From an uncultured bacterium (GTDB lineage Bacteria > Patescibacteriota > Minisyncoccia > Phycocordibacterales > Phycocordibacteraceae), in assembly GCA_963851445.1 (NCBI GenBank), contig CAWKPH010000001.1, positions 159,943 through 223,942 of the forward strand: DNA of 64,000 nt, read 5' to 3'. The position numbers and the translations under genes are program-made. This document shows, piece by piece, positions 1-9,564 of the stretch. The notes under the pieces were generated by a model. It ran no database searches. It had not been told where the DNA came from and saw nothing but the letters and a program-made list of their open reading frames with translations. Every line of letters starts with the position of its first letter. Position 1 is the first letter of the stretch.

Positions 1-646
1 TGGGGGCAGTTACTTTTATAGTAGCACTTGAAAGAGAACTGTACGTATTTACTCCACCTACTTTCGCAAAGATTGCAGTGCTTATGTCAGGCCTAAGGAA
101 GGTTATATTTAGGTCATCTAATGCTTCATTACCAGCATAGGGATAGTTGCTGCAAGCAAGAATGCCTTGGGCCGGTACACCACAGAAACTGAGAGTGAAG
201 GCGCCTGTAAGGGTATACGATTGGACGACCACATCTCCAGAGGACTCGTAGACACAATCGCCAGGGCGCTCTTCCGGATTACCAGTTTGCGTGTTCGTGT
301 GTCCCGGACAAGCGCCGCTTTGATCGTTCCCAGGCGCAGAGGGGTAGATATCTGCGAATTCTAGATAGGAATTATTGTCGGCTTCGAAATGAAGTCCGTA
401 TCCTGTATCGTAGGTCGCGGGAAGAGTTGCACTTGAAAGTCCGTACGACTGCGCATCACGTAGCGAAAGTCCGATAGAATAGGCGGCATTCGTGAGAAGG
501 AGTGTGTCATTAAAGGTTGATTCTGTCACAATTGTACCGATGAGTAAAATTCCTATGATCGCAAGCACTACAATCATTTCAAGGAGTGTGTAACCCCGTA
601 GTGCAGGTCTGGTTGTATTTTTTTTTAGAAAGGAAAAATATTCCAT
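1..646 (-). CDS. Type IV pilin-like protein (minor pilin/pseudopilin) with prepilin N-terminal cleavage/methylation domain; C-terminus cut by the window edge
   Basis: Manual minus-strand translation from ATG at 644-646: MEYFSFLKKNTTRPALRG/YTLLEMIVVLAIIGILLIG... Class III signal peptide with Gly-1 and Glu+5, open to position 1. Not in the ORF track because it leaves the window. Overlaps the pilD stop by 22 nt. Confidence 0.7.
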   Translation of the reverse strand, partial: MEYFSFLKKNTTRPALRGYTLLEMIVVLAIIGILLIGTIVTESTFNDTLLLTNAAYSIGLSLRDAQSYGLSSATLPATYDTGYGLHFEADNNSYLEFADIYPSAPGNDQSGACPGHTNTQTGNPEERPGDCVYESSGDVVVQSYTLTGAFTLSFCGVPAQGILACSNYPYAGNEALDDLNITFLRPDISTAIFAKVGGVNTYSSLSSATIKVTAP

Positions 647-1374
647 CCGGTAAATAGGGCGAGAAGGAACCCTGCGGCAAGAAAAGGAACGAAGGGTATC
701 TCACTTTGCATTGTAGTGCCGTTTCGCCCCAACACCAAGAGCGTTATCCCGTAAATTGCGCCGATCCAGAAGGAGAAAACGAGGCCGGTGAGAGCAACCG
801 GTCCTGCAAGGAGAGCCCCCGCAAACGCAACCGGTGCGTCTCCCAGGCCCATCGCGCGTCCGCGCGACAAGAAATAGATAAGGTAGAATGCGATGCCAAT
901 AAAAGCAGCAATTATAATCTCGACTCCGAGAACTTTCAGCGTTGGAGCCTTAAGAAACGCGTAGAGAAGGGCAAGAACCACGAAGATGCTCGTTGCTATG
1001 GGGGGGACGATGGTATGCCGAATATCGTAGACTACAATGAGCATAAGGACGACCAGCGATGCAAGAAAAAATGCCAAGGAAAGGCTAGCTCCTAAGATCA
1101 AAAACGAAACTGCAAAGCTCAGTCCAAGCGCTATCTCGACCCACAGGTACGTTATGGGAATGCGCGAACGGCACGTCCGACATTTTCCGCCTGTACTCAC
1201 CCATGACAGTATTGGCAAAAGATCAAAAAAACCAAGGGGCCGGGCACAGGAATTACAACGTGAACGGCCTTGAAGCCACGATTGATGGGTATAGATGCGC
1301 TCTGCAACGACGCAAATGAAACTACCCAGAACTGCACCGAGAATGAAAAAAAATAGAGCGAGTGTAAATGTCAT
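625..1374 (-). CDS. pilD: Prepilin peptidase (A24 family, PilD)
   Basis: N-terminal CxxC...CxxC zinc motif (CNSCARPL...GKCRTCRSRI) followed by polytopic membrane domain. Start placed at internal Met (MTFTLALFFF...) because the ORF-track start at 1464 lies inside the pilin terminator hairpin. Confidence 0.85.
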   Translation of the reverse strand: MTFTLALFFFILGAVLGSFICVVAERIYTHQSWLQGRSRCNSCARPLGFFDLLPILSWVSTGGKCRTCRSRIPITYLWVEIALGLSFAVSFLILGASLSLAFFLASLVVLMLIVVYDIRHTIVPPIATSIFVVLALLYAFLKAPTLKVLGVEIIIAAFIGIAFYLIYFLSRGRAMGLGDAPVAFAGALLAGPVALTGLVFSFWIGAIYGITLLVLGRNGTTMQSEIPFVPFLAAGFLLALFTGWNIFPF

Positions 1375-1436
1375 AAGCTCAGTATAACTCTCTATAATTC
1401 TTATACTTCGGGGATTGTTGAGTGAGGCTCTAACAA

Positions 1437-1462
1437 AGAAAAAGCCCCGAAGGGCTTTTCCC
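1437..1462 (-). terminator. Rho-independent terminator downstream of major pilin gene
   Basis: AAAAGCCC-CGAA-GGGCTTTT perfect stem-loop. On the minus strand it is followed by TTTCTTTGTT. Confidence 0.6.
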
Positions 1463-1485
1463 AAAGAATCTCACTATGCTGACTA

Positions 1486-2061
1486 CTAACAGTTAGTTGT
1501 AGAAATAACGGTAGATTCAACCTGTTGTTTCCCTGTGGAGTCTACACAGAAGTAACCAGCGCCAGGAGTCGTAAGAGCTGCTTCGACCGCCCACGCACTA
1601 GAAGTAATGTCATAAGTGAGACCTCCTCCAGAATAACCTGCGGCCTGGTTCAAAGCATTTGCTGCTGTTTGGTCGGCATTTGCTAATCCTGCTCCAGAGG
1701 CAGCGCACCAGAGACCAACGCCACTTTGCCCACCCGTTCCAGTACCTTGTGGGAAAGAAGTTACTGCTGCGGAGCCGCCACCAACAAGTCCACTTCCAGC
1801 CTTGGTACACCCAGCGCCAGTGGTTTGATTCACATAGTTACTGCTGTCGCCATCATAATCGAGAGCTGCTTCTGTGGAGACCGTTGTAAGGTCAGACTTG
1901 ATATTTGCGTCAACGCCTTTCGAACGCGCAGTGTTAAGCGCAGCCAAGATGACTGCTGACAAGATGCCAATAATTGCGATCACAACGAGGAGTTCGATGA
2001 GGGTAAAACCCGCAAGGTGCCCTTTGCGTTGAGCGCGAGCGAGAGAAGATGCTTGTATCAT
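1486..2061 (-). CDS. Type IV major pilin (PilA-like)
   Basis: Leader MIQASSLARAQRKG then FTLIELLVVIAIIGILSAVIL (canonical prepilin motif, E+5). Gly/Ser/Thr-rich globular part and C-terminal Cys pair. Strong terminator follows. Confidence 0.85.
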   Translation of the reverse strand: MIQASSLARAQRKGHLAGFTLIELLVVIAIIGILSAVILAALNTARSKGVDANIKSDLTTVSTEAALDYDGDSSNYVNQTTGAGCTKAGSGLVGGGSAAVTSFPQGTGTGGQSGVGLWCAASGAGLANADQTAANALNQAAGYSGGGLTYDITSSAWAVEAALTTPGAGYFCVDSTGKQQVESTVISTTNC

Positions 2062-2189
2062 ACTTTAAAGTATTAGTGTAAGGCTATGCGGGTTATGAGT
2101 AATATCCGCTCCCTTCATTGTACTTAACTCTAAATATAATGTGAGGAACCTCTGTGGATAACACGAATAAAGTTAGAATCTGAATTCTC

Positions 2190-3396
2190 CTAACTAATAG
2201 CTCCTGCAAGATCGTAGATAGGAATGAGCACGGCTGCCACGAGTGTCCCAACGCCAAGGCCGAGGAATACAATCATGAGTGGCTCGATAAGATCGACCAG
2301 CGTATCAATTGCGGTAGACACTTCACGTCGATAAAATTTCGCGAGTGTGTTCAAAATGTTACCAAGTTCTCCTGTCTCCTCACCCACTTTGATCATTGCA
2401 ATCATAATACCCGGAATCTCGGCGTGACTGCGCCAGTGCATCAGATATGATGAACCGCCTTTAACCGAATCGCTCACATCATGCATGATCGTTTCATAGA
2501 TACTACTTCCTATAATCGGGCAGTAATATCAACCATTTCAATGACTGGGACGCCTGAGGAAAGCATCGTCGAGAAGTTGTCAGCGATACGCGAAAGATAA
2601 AGTTTCTTGATAGAGATCCCCAACGTACGGAATGGAGAGTTTGAGGCCATCGAAATAGAGTCTGCCCGACCCCGTCTGAAGTGCGCGATATACGAAAAAC
2701 CCAGCGATTGCAATCCCAATGAGAATAAAAATACCGAAGTGAAGATTATGTTGGATAGATCAATGACAATTTGCGTATACAGAGGCACTGCCGTTCCAGA
2801 ATCGATCAGGATTGCTGTTATTTTTGGAATGACAAGCGTGAGCATGAGAGTCATAACGACAATAAACACAACGACAACAAACGCAGGGTAGATAAGAGCA
2901 TTCTGTGCTTTGCTCATAACTCATACGTACGATCAAGGTAGTCGGCGAGGTAGCCGAATGTGTCAGAAAGCTTTCCCGACTCCTCCCCCGATCGAACCAT
3001 GTTGACGTAAAAAATAGAGAACGCCTTGGGGTGACGCGCCATAGCTTTTGAGATCGGACTTCCCCCCTGAAGATCATCTGCCACCTGCGTGAGTATTTCT
3101 GCGAAATACTTATTATCTACCTCCGAAGCGATGAGCCTGAATACACGAAGCGCAGACACCTGGGCCTCAAACAAAGTTGCAATTTGGCGTGAGACGATGA
3201 CGATTTCCTTATTGCTGACGTGCTTGAACAAGCCAATATCCATCGAGAGAAGAGATTTCTTCGCGAGCGGTTCGATGGAAGATACAATGAGGTTTCGGCG
3301 CTGAAGCGTTGCGACGGCTATATCCATCGACAAAGCCTCAATCGTGCCTTGGCGCTCGTGCCCATCCTTATCGAGTGAGTGGTAGGTAAAGAGCAT
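2190..3396 (-). pseudogene. pilC: Type IV pilus platform protein PilC (GspF family), disrupted by two frameshifts
   Basis: Three consecutive ORFs in three frames (2914-3396, 2510-2917, 2190-2486) together give a complete PilC: N-terminal cytoplasmic domain, TM1, and C-terminal GspF repeat (...GEETGELGNILNTLAKFYRREV...). ATGA overlap at 2914-2917. About 20 residues of PilC are missing between 2486 and 2510. Confidence 0.8.
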
Positions 3397-3407
3397 AGAA
3401 AATTATA

Positions 3408-4472
3408 TTACAGGTAGCGCTCGAACGTCTTAGGATCAAGCGCATGCTCATAGGCATGGTCTATCGTCACTTCCCCTTTTCGTACGAGTTCAGCAAGAGA
3501 GCGGTCCATATCGATCATCCCATCTTGTGAGCTTGTCTGAATAACGGTTGCGATCTCCTGTATGCGCGCATCGCGAATAAGATTTGCAACCGCGGCGTTG
3601 TTTATGAGAAGTTCGTATGCAGGAACAAGTCCGCCTTGGATACGTGGGACAAGACGCTGGGAGAAAATACCAATCAAAGACCCTGCAAGCTGAACGCGCA
3701 CCTGATCTTGCTGTTCTGCTGGGAACATATCGATAATACGATCGATCGTCTGTGCAGCATTATTGGTATGCAAGGTTGAAAACACGAGGTGTCCGGTCTC
3801 GGCAGCGGTGACCGCTGAGGAAATAGTTTCTAGGTTGCGCATCTCTCCGACAAGGATGACATTCACATCCTCACGCAGTGATGCTTGAAGCGCGATGCCA
3901 AAATCGGGTGTATCAATGTGCACTTCACGCTGATGGATGAGTGATTTTTTTTGCTCATAGAGATATTCAACGGGATCCTCTATGGTAATGATATGCTCGG
4001 CGCGTGTCTCGTTGATGCGATCCACCATAGCGGCAAGCGTCGTCGACTTCCCTTGTCCTACGGGACCCACAACGAGAAAGAACCCCTGGGTGCGCTGGGT
4101 GAATACTTCGAGTATTGGTGGCAAATTGAGTGCTGCAAAACCCCGAATCTCTTTTGGAATGAGACGCAGCGCGAGCGCTACACTTCCTTGTACGATGTAT
4201 CCATTCACCCGAAAACGCACGCCGCCGTATGCATATGAAAAGTCTACTGATTGATTCTCCGCAAAGACGGGCCACCTATTTTCAGGAAGAATACTCCGTA
4301 GCATCTGCTCGGTCTGCGCGGGGGTGAGTGGCTGTTGCTGAAGAAGCGGCACAAGTGCGCCAGATACACGAATAATCGGCGGCGATCCTGCTGAAATATG
4401 TATATCCGAACCTCCTTCTCTGATTACGACATCAAGAAGCGCGTCAATACCTGCATGGGATGCGTCACTCAT
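3408..4472 (-). CDS. pilT: Type IV pilus retraction ATPase PilT
   Basis: Walker A GPVGQGKSTTLAAM, IEDPVEY Asp box, His box, 354 aa. Typical PilT length and motifs. Confidence 0.85.
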   Translation of the reverse strand: MSDASHAGIDALLDVVIREGGSDIHISAGSPPIIRVSGALVPLLQQQPLTPAQTEQMLRSILPENRWPVFAENQSVDFSYAYGGVRFRVNGYIVQGSVALALRLIPKEIRGFAALNLPPILEVFTQRTQGFFLVVGPVGQGKSTTLAAMVDRINETRAEHIITIEDPVEYLYEQKKSLIHQREVHIDTPDFGIALQASLREDVNVILVGEMRNLETISSAVTAAETGHLVFSTLHTNNAAQTIDRIIDMFPAEQQDQVRVQLAGSLIGIFSQRLVPRIQGGLVPAYELLINNAAVANLIRDARIQEIATVIQTSSQDGMIDMDRSLAELVRKGEVTIDHAYEHALDPKTFERYL

Positions 4473-4852
4473 ACCGGTTGCTCAATTATCTTTATTGTTT
4501 CAGCATATACCTCCGAAGGTATGGCAGAAGCTTTAATAATATATCCCTTGGCGCCGAGCGCTTTCGCGCGCTCTATATCCGATTCTTGACCTTGGTTTGA
4601 AAGGACAATTTTCTTCATGAGGGGCGCAATATTCTCATTGTGAATTGCCTCAAGCACCTGGAACCCATCGATCTCCGGCATCACAATGTCGAGAAGGAGC
4701 GCGTCGGGTATCTTACCACTCCGCAGTGCGTCAAGAAGCTCACGTCCATTTTGAAATGCCGTAACCTCATGCCCCGCATTTTTGAATTTGACCGCGTACA
4801 TATCAAGCAAGAACCGGTCATCATCAGTAATAAAAATTTTGTAGGTAGCCAT
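4469..4852 (-). CDS. Stand-alone response regulator receiver (CheY-like) domain protein
   Basis: MATYKIFITDDD...LLLDIVMPEIDGFQVL...KKIVLSNQG...KALGAKGYIIKA: acidic pocket, phospho-acceptor Asp, conserved Lys. No output domain. Lies between pilB and pilT. Confidence 0.8.
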   Translation of the reverse strand: MATYKIFITDDDRFLLDMYAVKFKNAGHEVTAFQNGRELLDALRSGKIPDALLLDIVMPEIDGFQVLEAIHNENIAPLMKKIVLSNQGQESDIERAKALGAKGYIIKASAIPSEVYAETIKIIEQPV

Positions 4853-4856
4853 ACGG

Positions 4857-6602
4857 TTACTTGACCGGTGCGTCCTGATCAATGAGCAAATCGCCGCCGA
4901 GCGAATTTACTTCCTCGAAGGGAATCTCTCCGGCAAGTGCTTTTATGATAGCATCCTCGCGCATTGTAAACATACCTTTTGCACGGGCAGCCTCATAGAT
5001 CTTCTCTTCGACCGGACTCGTGAGTACGGCATGCTCGAGATCCTTATCCATGCGCATGATTTCGAAGACCGCCAAGCGCCCACGGGTACCATTCGGGCAG
5101 TCAGGCGTTGATTTGGCTTCATAGATATGCTCAAACTTTGGTATTTTCGCGCGATATTGAAGTGGCAAGTCCGCAAACTCTTCGTTCAAAATACCCTGGA
5201 TGCTTTCTGAAATTGGTATGGGGTTCCCCGCTCCTGGACAGAGCTTACGTACCAGACGCTGGCCCATAGCAGCAATCAAGGTTGGGGCGATAAGGTACGG
5301 ATCTACACCCATATCAACGAGACGTGGTATAACACCTGCCGCGGTGTTGGTGTGAATTGTCGAGAATACAAGGTGGCCCGTGAGCGCAGCCTGTATGGCA
5401 AGCGACGCGGTCTCATTATCTCGAATCTCTCCGACCATGATTACATCGGGGTCCTGACGAAGTATCGAGCGAAGTCCCGAGGCAAAGGTGTAGCCAATTT
5501 CTGGCCGTACTTGGGATTGCGAAACACCAGGGATTTCGTACTCAACTGGATCTTCGACCGATACGACATTTTGAGAATCACGATCGAGTTCCGAAAGCAT
5601 GGAAAAAAGTGTCGTTGATTTTCCAGAGCCTGTAGGTCCAGAAATAAGGATGATCCCATATGGAGCTCGTATAATGTCTCGGACCTGAGCGATATTTTCG
5701 GCAGAGAGACCGAGCGAATCGAGGTTTGTGACTGATTTTGCACTATCAAGAATACGCATTACAACTTTTTCACCGTATTGGGTCGGGAAAGTCGAAACGC
5801 GAAAATCAATACGTCGCCCTTCGACCGTTGCTGAAAATCGTCCATCCTGAGGTTTACGGCGCTCATCGAGTCGCAATTGCGCAAGAATCTTGATGCGCGC
5901 AACAACTGCTGCATGAACTTTTAATGGCAGTTCAAGTGACGTATGAAGTTCTCCATCCATACGAAACCGCACCTGTACTTTCTCTGGAGTTGCCTCGACA
6001 TGAATATCCGAGGCTCCCCCTTCGACCGCATACCGTAGTATGGTGGCAACAATCTTCGTGACCGGCGCATCGGCCTTGATTGTACGCTCGACCGAAATTT
6101 CATCGTCTTTATCCTTTTTTTCGTCGGCATGAACAGTTTCGTTAAATTCTGAAAGCGCTTCATCCACTTCTCCCGTAAGGGAGGCATACTCCTCAACCAC
6201 GTGCGCAAAATCCTCTTGGCTTACCAGAAAGAGTTTGTAGGGGATACCGATTTTTGCTGAAATGAACTGGAGCGCATCAAGTGCTTCAATATTGTCAGGA
6301 TCAACAATACCTACTTCGAGTGCCCCACTCTCTACACTAAGCGGTATGATCTTATAATGTTCAGCCGATTCTTGGGGTATATACGCAAGCACGTCATGCG
6401 CAACAGGGTCAATTGCGGGCAACTTGCGAATCGGTATGTTATAGCGTTCGCTTTCAGCAGAAAGTATGGCGTCCGAAGAAATTCCATGCTTCTCGAGCAC
6501 GGCCGTTATCGGAATACCCGAAGCGCGTGCTTCTTCAGTGAATGCACTTTTATCCTCGGGCTTTATAACTCCCTTATCGCTGAGAAGTGCAACGAGATCC
6601 AT
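4857..6602 (-). CDS. pilB: Type IV pilus assembly ATPase PilB (GspE family)
   Basis: N-terminal GSPII_E_N domain, Walker A GPTGSGKSTTLFSML, 581 aa. Confidence 0.9.
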   Translation of the reverse strand: MDLVALLSDKGVIKPEDKSAFTEEARASGIPITAVLEKHGISSDAILSAESERYNIPIRKLPAIDPVAHDVLAYIPQESAEHYKIIPLSVESGALEVGIVDPDNIEALDALQFISAKIGIPYKLFLVSQEDFAHVVEEYASLTGEVDEALSEFNETVHADEKKDKDDEISVERTIKADAPVTKIVATILRYAVEGGASDIHVEATPEKVQVRFRMDGELHTSLELPLKVHAAVVARIKILAQLRLDERRKPQDGRFSATVEGRRIDFRVSTFPTQYGEKVVMRILDSAKSVTNLDSLGLSAENIAQVRDIIRAPYGIILISGPTGSGKSTTLFSMLSELDRDSQNVVSVEDPVEYEIPGVSQSQVRPEIGYTFASGLRSILRQDPDVIMVGEIRDNETASLAIQAALTGHLVFSTIHTNTAAGVIPRLVDMGVDPYLIAPTLIAAMGQRLVRKLCPGAGNPIPISESIQGILNEEFADLPLQYRAKIPKFEHIYEAKSTPDCPNGTRGRLAVFEIMRMDKDLEHAVLTSPVEEKIYEAARAKGMFTMREDAIIKALAGEIPFEEVNSLGGDLLIDQDAPVK

Positions 6603-6637
6603 TCATTTGAGTATAGCGCGTTAATTTCCCCCGGTAC

Positions 6638-6934
6638 CTAAATTGGTGCAAAAGGATCCGTGCGTCCAGTCGCTTCAGGTAATATCGGTGTGTGAATATC
6701 GATGAGAGAGGTAAAGCGAGGGTCGGTGAGGATAGCGGTCACGCTCGGATCGAACGATATCGGTTGAAGTTCCTGAGTGAGCGCAATAAAGGTGGCTTCA
6801 TCGGCACTTGAGGGAGCTGCAGTAGCAGAGACTGCGGTAGATTGATTGTTATTATTGAAAAACAGGAAGTACCCGCCGATGAGAACGACGATGACAAGAC
6901 CTATAGCAAAGATGATTTGGGTTTGTTTAGACAT
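6638..6934 (-). CDS. Small membrane-anchored protein of the pilus locus (PilP-like position)
   Basis: N-terminal TM helix (IIFAIGLVIVVLIGGYFLFF) then hydrophilic domain. Sits between pilB and pilO. Confidence 0.45.
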   Translation of the reverse strand: MSKQTQIIFAIGLVIVVLIGGYFLFFNNNNQSTAVSATAAPSSADEATFIALTQELQPISFDPSVTAILTDPRFTSLIDIHTPILPEATGRTDPFAPI

Positions 6935-6938
6935 ACGT

Positions 6939-7505
6939 TTACTGTAGCCAGTAGATCTGGAAGGTTACGTTATAGGTATACACACCATTTGGGGCTGATT
7001 GAACCGATAGATTCACAACATCAAGCGGGCGCAGACTTTGCTCAGCAGCCATAAGGAAGGTTTTGAAAGCAGCATAGGTACCTGTTGCCGTTACAGAAAG
7101 ATTGAGCGATTGGACTTGGTCAGACGGCGCGCCTGAGGTAACGGTTCCGGAATCGCTGGAACCAGCACCTTGGCTCGAGGTAGTATTATCCGAAATACTA
7201 AAGTTAGAGAGTGATATCCCAGTTCGTGCAGCTAGCGAATTAAGATCTAAAAGAAGCTGTATGTTGTCGACACCATCGGGGAGAAATTCCTCAAGACGAC
7301 TGATGCTCGTTGGAGGAATCTGATTCACTTCAGCAGTTAATTGGTTTTCTTTAGCGGTAAATGCCGCTGCAGCGGTAAGTGCTTGATTGTCCGTATTTAT
7401 ATTTTTTTGCGCTTCAACAATTTGAGTGTTGTAGGTCGGACCAATATAGGCGAAGTAAAGCCCTACCGCTAGTAACACCGAAAAAATTGGAAATATTCTA
7501 CTCAT
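6939..7505 (-). CDS. PilO-like pilus assembly protein
   Basis: N-terminal TM, coiled-coil region, then periplasmic domain. Position and size fit PilO. Overlaps the pilN stop. Confidence 0.6.
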   Translation of the reverse strand: MSRIFPIFSVLLAVGLYFAYIGPTYNTQIVEAQKNINTDNQALTAAAAFTAKENQLTAEVNQIPPTSISRLEEFLPDGVDNIQLLLDLNSLAARTGISLSNFSISDNTTSSQGAGSSDSGTVTSGAPSDQVQSLNLSVTATGTYAAFKTFLMAAEQSLRPLDVVNLSVQSAPNGVYTYNVTFQIYWLQ

Positions 7506-8182
7506 GGCGTTGTGGAGCTTACACTAGCAGTCGATGGCGCCGTTTCGGAAGGAAAACTTGGTGCGGTAGAGGATGCCGCAGGGAGCGTTGATTGTGTAGT
7601 TGGTGCGCTGGCCTCGACAATGATGCTCGGATTAAGACTCGCACTTATGGTGAAATTGACAGTATTATCCTTATTTAGGGATATGCCCGAGAAAATGGCA
7701 CTCTGGATATTTGTCGTACTTGCAAACTCCTGTGATTCCACAGCTAGTGCGTTGAAATCCTGTGCTTTACCAGCCATATTAAGCGTGGCTGTTCGATCGG
7801 GAGCAACTTGGATAGTAAGCGAATTGAAATCGACATTCTGAAGTGTAATGCCTTCAAGCTCCGTCAGGAATTGTGACAGCTCTACGTGATTATTAAGAAT
7901 TGTTTCCGATTGAACCAATCGGTCCCGCAACCGAAGGAACTGATCGACGGTACTTTCTGTTATGGTATTTTCAGCGGTCGTGAGCTGCGCCTGTTTTGCC
8001 TTCTCTACAGATTGCAAATATTGGCCGTATAAAAAAACCCCGAGGCACGCGAGTAGTGCGCCGCCCGAAATGAGGCAGGATATCATAAAAACGATATTAT
8101 TTCCGCTCGAGCTAGGACGCCGGTTAGGAGCAACCGGTTGTTTTGGAACAAATGAGGTTGGTATGGTTGGGGAAAGAGCCAC
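7502..8182 (-). CDS. PilN-like pilus assembly protein
   Basis: Pro/Ser-rich N-terminus, single TM (LISGGALLACLGVFLYG), coiled coil, S/T/P-rich C-terminus. Immediately downstream of pilM. Confidence 0.6.
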   Translation of the reverse strand: MALSPTIPTSFVPKQPVAPNRRPSSSGNNIVFMISCLISGGALLACLGVFLYGQYLQSVEKAKQAQLTTAENTITESTVDQFLRLRDRLVQSETILNNHVELSQFLTELEGITLQNVDFNSLTIQVAPDRTATLNMAGKAQDFNALAVESQEFASTTNIQSAIFSGISLNKDNTVNFTISASLNPSIIVEASAPTTQSTLPAASSTAPSFPSETAPSTASVSSTTP

Positions 8183-8242
8183 GAGGTAAGTATAGAGCTA
8201 TTTTATCCAGCATGCACCGGTTTATACACAGCAGAGACTTGT

Positions 8243-9328
8243 TTACCCAAGCTCTTCAAGTTTACGAAGTGCGAGTCCTACGGTAACGGCAAATTCTGGA
8301 CCGATTTCTTGTAGAACTGGGCGCATGAATGCGGGGGCTTGTACCTTCGCAAATGGATCAGCGACGGTAATATCGACTGAAAAAAATTCTCGCGCAAATG
8401 CATCGAGGTTCTTTGTTACCGCACCTCCACCGGTAAGCACGATATTCTTGACCTTCTTTCCATGCCCCAATTCATATTGCACAAGTGCGCGCTTCGTTTC
8501 TTCGAAAATACGCGAAAATACTATCTCAATTGTTTCGCGTTTGTAGACATCGGGCGTCACGGCGAAACCATACTGCTTCTTAAGAGTCTCAGCTTGATCT
8601 ATCGAAATATTTCCCACACTCGAAATATTGCGTGTGACATCCTGACCTCCCTGGGGAATGTTATGAGAAAGCGCGACAACTCCGCGTTCTACTACGTACA
8701 CCTTTGTTGCAGATGCTCCTATGTCGAGCACCATAATCGGATTCACAGGGTCATCGACAACCGAACGTATCGTACTAAATATTTCGATCTCATAGAAACT
8801 TGTCTGTAGGGCGGTTCCTGTCGTTACACTTTGTAAGAGCGTTAACTCGTCATTGTGGACAGCGACAATGAGCACTCTTACTTTCGGAGAAAGCTCCTTC
8901 CCTTCTGAAATAGGATCCGGCACGACAAACCAATCGAGTTGGACTTCAGTTACGGGAACAGGTATATATTTTCGTGCCTCGAGTTCAACAATTGTTTTTT
9001 GTTCCTCAGGTGTTTTCGCACGAGGTAATTCAACAAGCGTAAGAAGTGAGCGCGAGAACGGAATTGAAATACCGACCTCACTGCTTGTTACATTTGCTTC
9101 CCGAACAAGATCCTTGAGATTTTCAATAATCTTATCGGCAGGTAGATTCGTGGCCTGCCCTACCGCAAGACCTCCATACGGACCGAGTGCAAGTTCTCCA
9201 TAGGTTTCAAGAACTGCGGCTTGGTTTTCTTTACGCAGCTGTACGATCTTGAGAGAGGAGCTACCTATATCGAGACCAAGGACACTTTTTTCTTTCTTTG
9301 AACCGAAAAGATTTGAAAGAAAATTCAT
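8243..9328 (-). CDS. pilM: Type IV pilus assembly protein PilM (actin-like ATPase)
   Basis: LGLDIGSSSLKIVQL phosphate-1 motif, ...LDIGASATKV..., GGGA motif. 361 aa. Confidence 0.8.
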   Translation of the reverse strand: MNFLSNLFGSKKEKSVLGLDIGSSSLKIVQLRKENQAAVLETYGELALGPYGGLAVGQATNLPADKIIENLKDLVREANVTSSEVGISIPFSRSLLTLVELPRAKTPEEQKTIVELEARKYIPVPVTEVQLDWFVVPDPISEGKELSPKVRVLIVAVHNDELTLLQSVTTGTALQTSFYEIEIFSTIRSVVDDPVNPIMVLDIGASATKVYVVERGVVALSHNIPQGGQDVTRNISSVGNISIDQAETLKKQYGFAVTPDVYKRETIEIVFSRIFEETKRALVQYELGHGKKVKNIVLTGGGAVTKNLDAFAREFFSVDITVADPFAKVQAPAFMRPVLQEIGPEFAVTVGLALRKLEELG

Positions 9329-9419
9329 GAGTGGATTGTAGCATGCAGAGATGAATCGCTTGACTCATCAAAAAGAAAAGTTGAGAAAAAAGGTCATAGG
9401 CTGTAGTTTATAGATACCT

Positions 9420-9510
9420 GGAGACGTGGCTGAGTGGTCGAAAGTACCTCACTGCTAACGAGGCAGGGGTTAATAGCCCCTCGAGGGTTCGAATCCCTCC
9501 GTCTCCGCCA
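9420..9510 (+). tRNA. tRNA-Ser (anticodon GCU), class II with long variable arm, CCA encoded
   Basis: Acceptor GGAGACG/CGTCTCC, anticodon loop CUGCUAA, long variable arm, T-arm GAGGGTTCGAATCCCTC, 3' GCCA. Confidence 0.85.
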
Positions 9511-9564
9511 ACTAGTATTTAACTCCTGAGATTCGGGGGGTACCTAGCAAAATCGTACAGCCAT

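Noticed and set aside
706-1273. Plus-strand ORFs 706-1095 and 1037-1273
   Set aside because: Antisense to the well-supported pilD gene. Products are low-complexity and charged.
625-1464. ORF-track start of pilD at 1464 (279 aa, N-terminal MGKALRGFFFVRASL...)
   Set aside because: The first 30 codons overlap the strong terminator hairpin of the upstream pilin gene and are not prepilin-peptidase-like. The internal Met at 1372-1374 gives a canonical PilD N-terminus.
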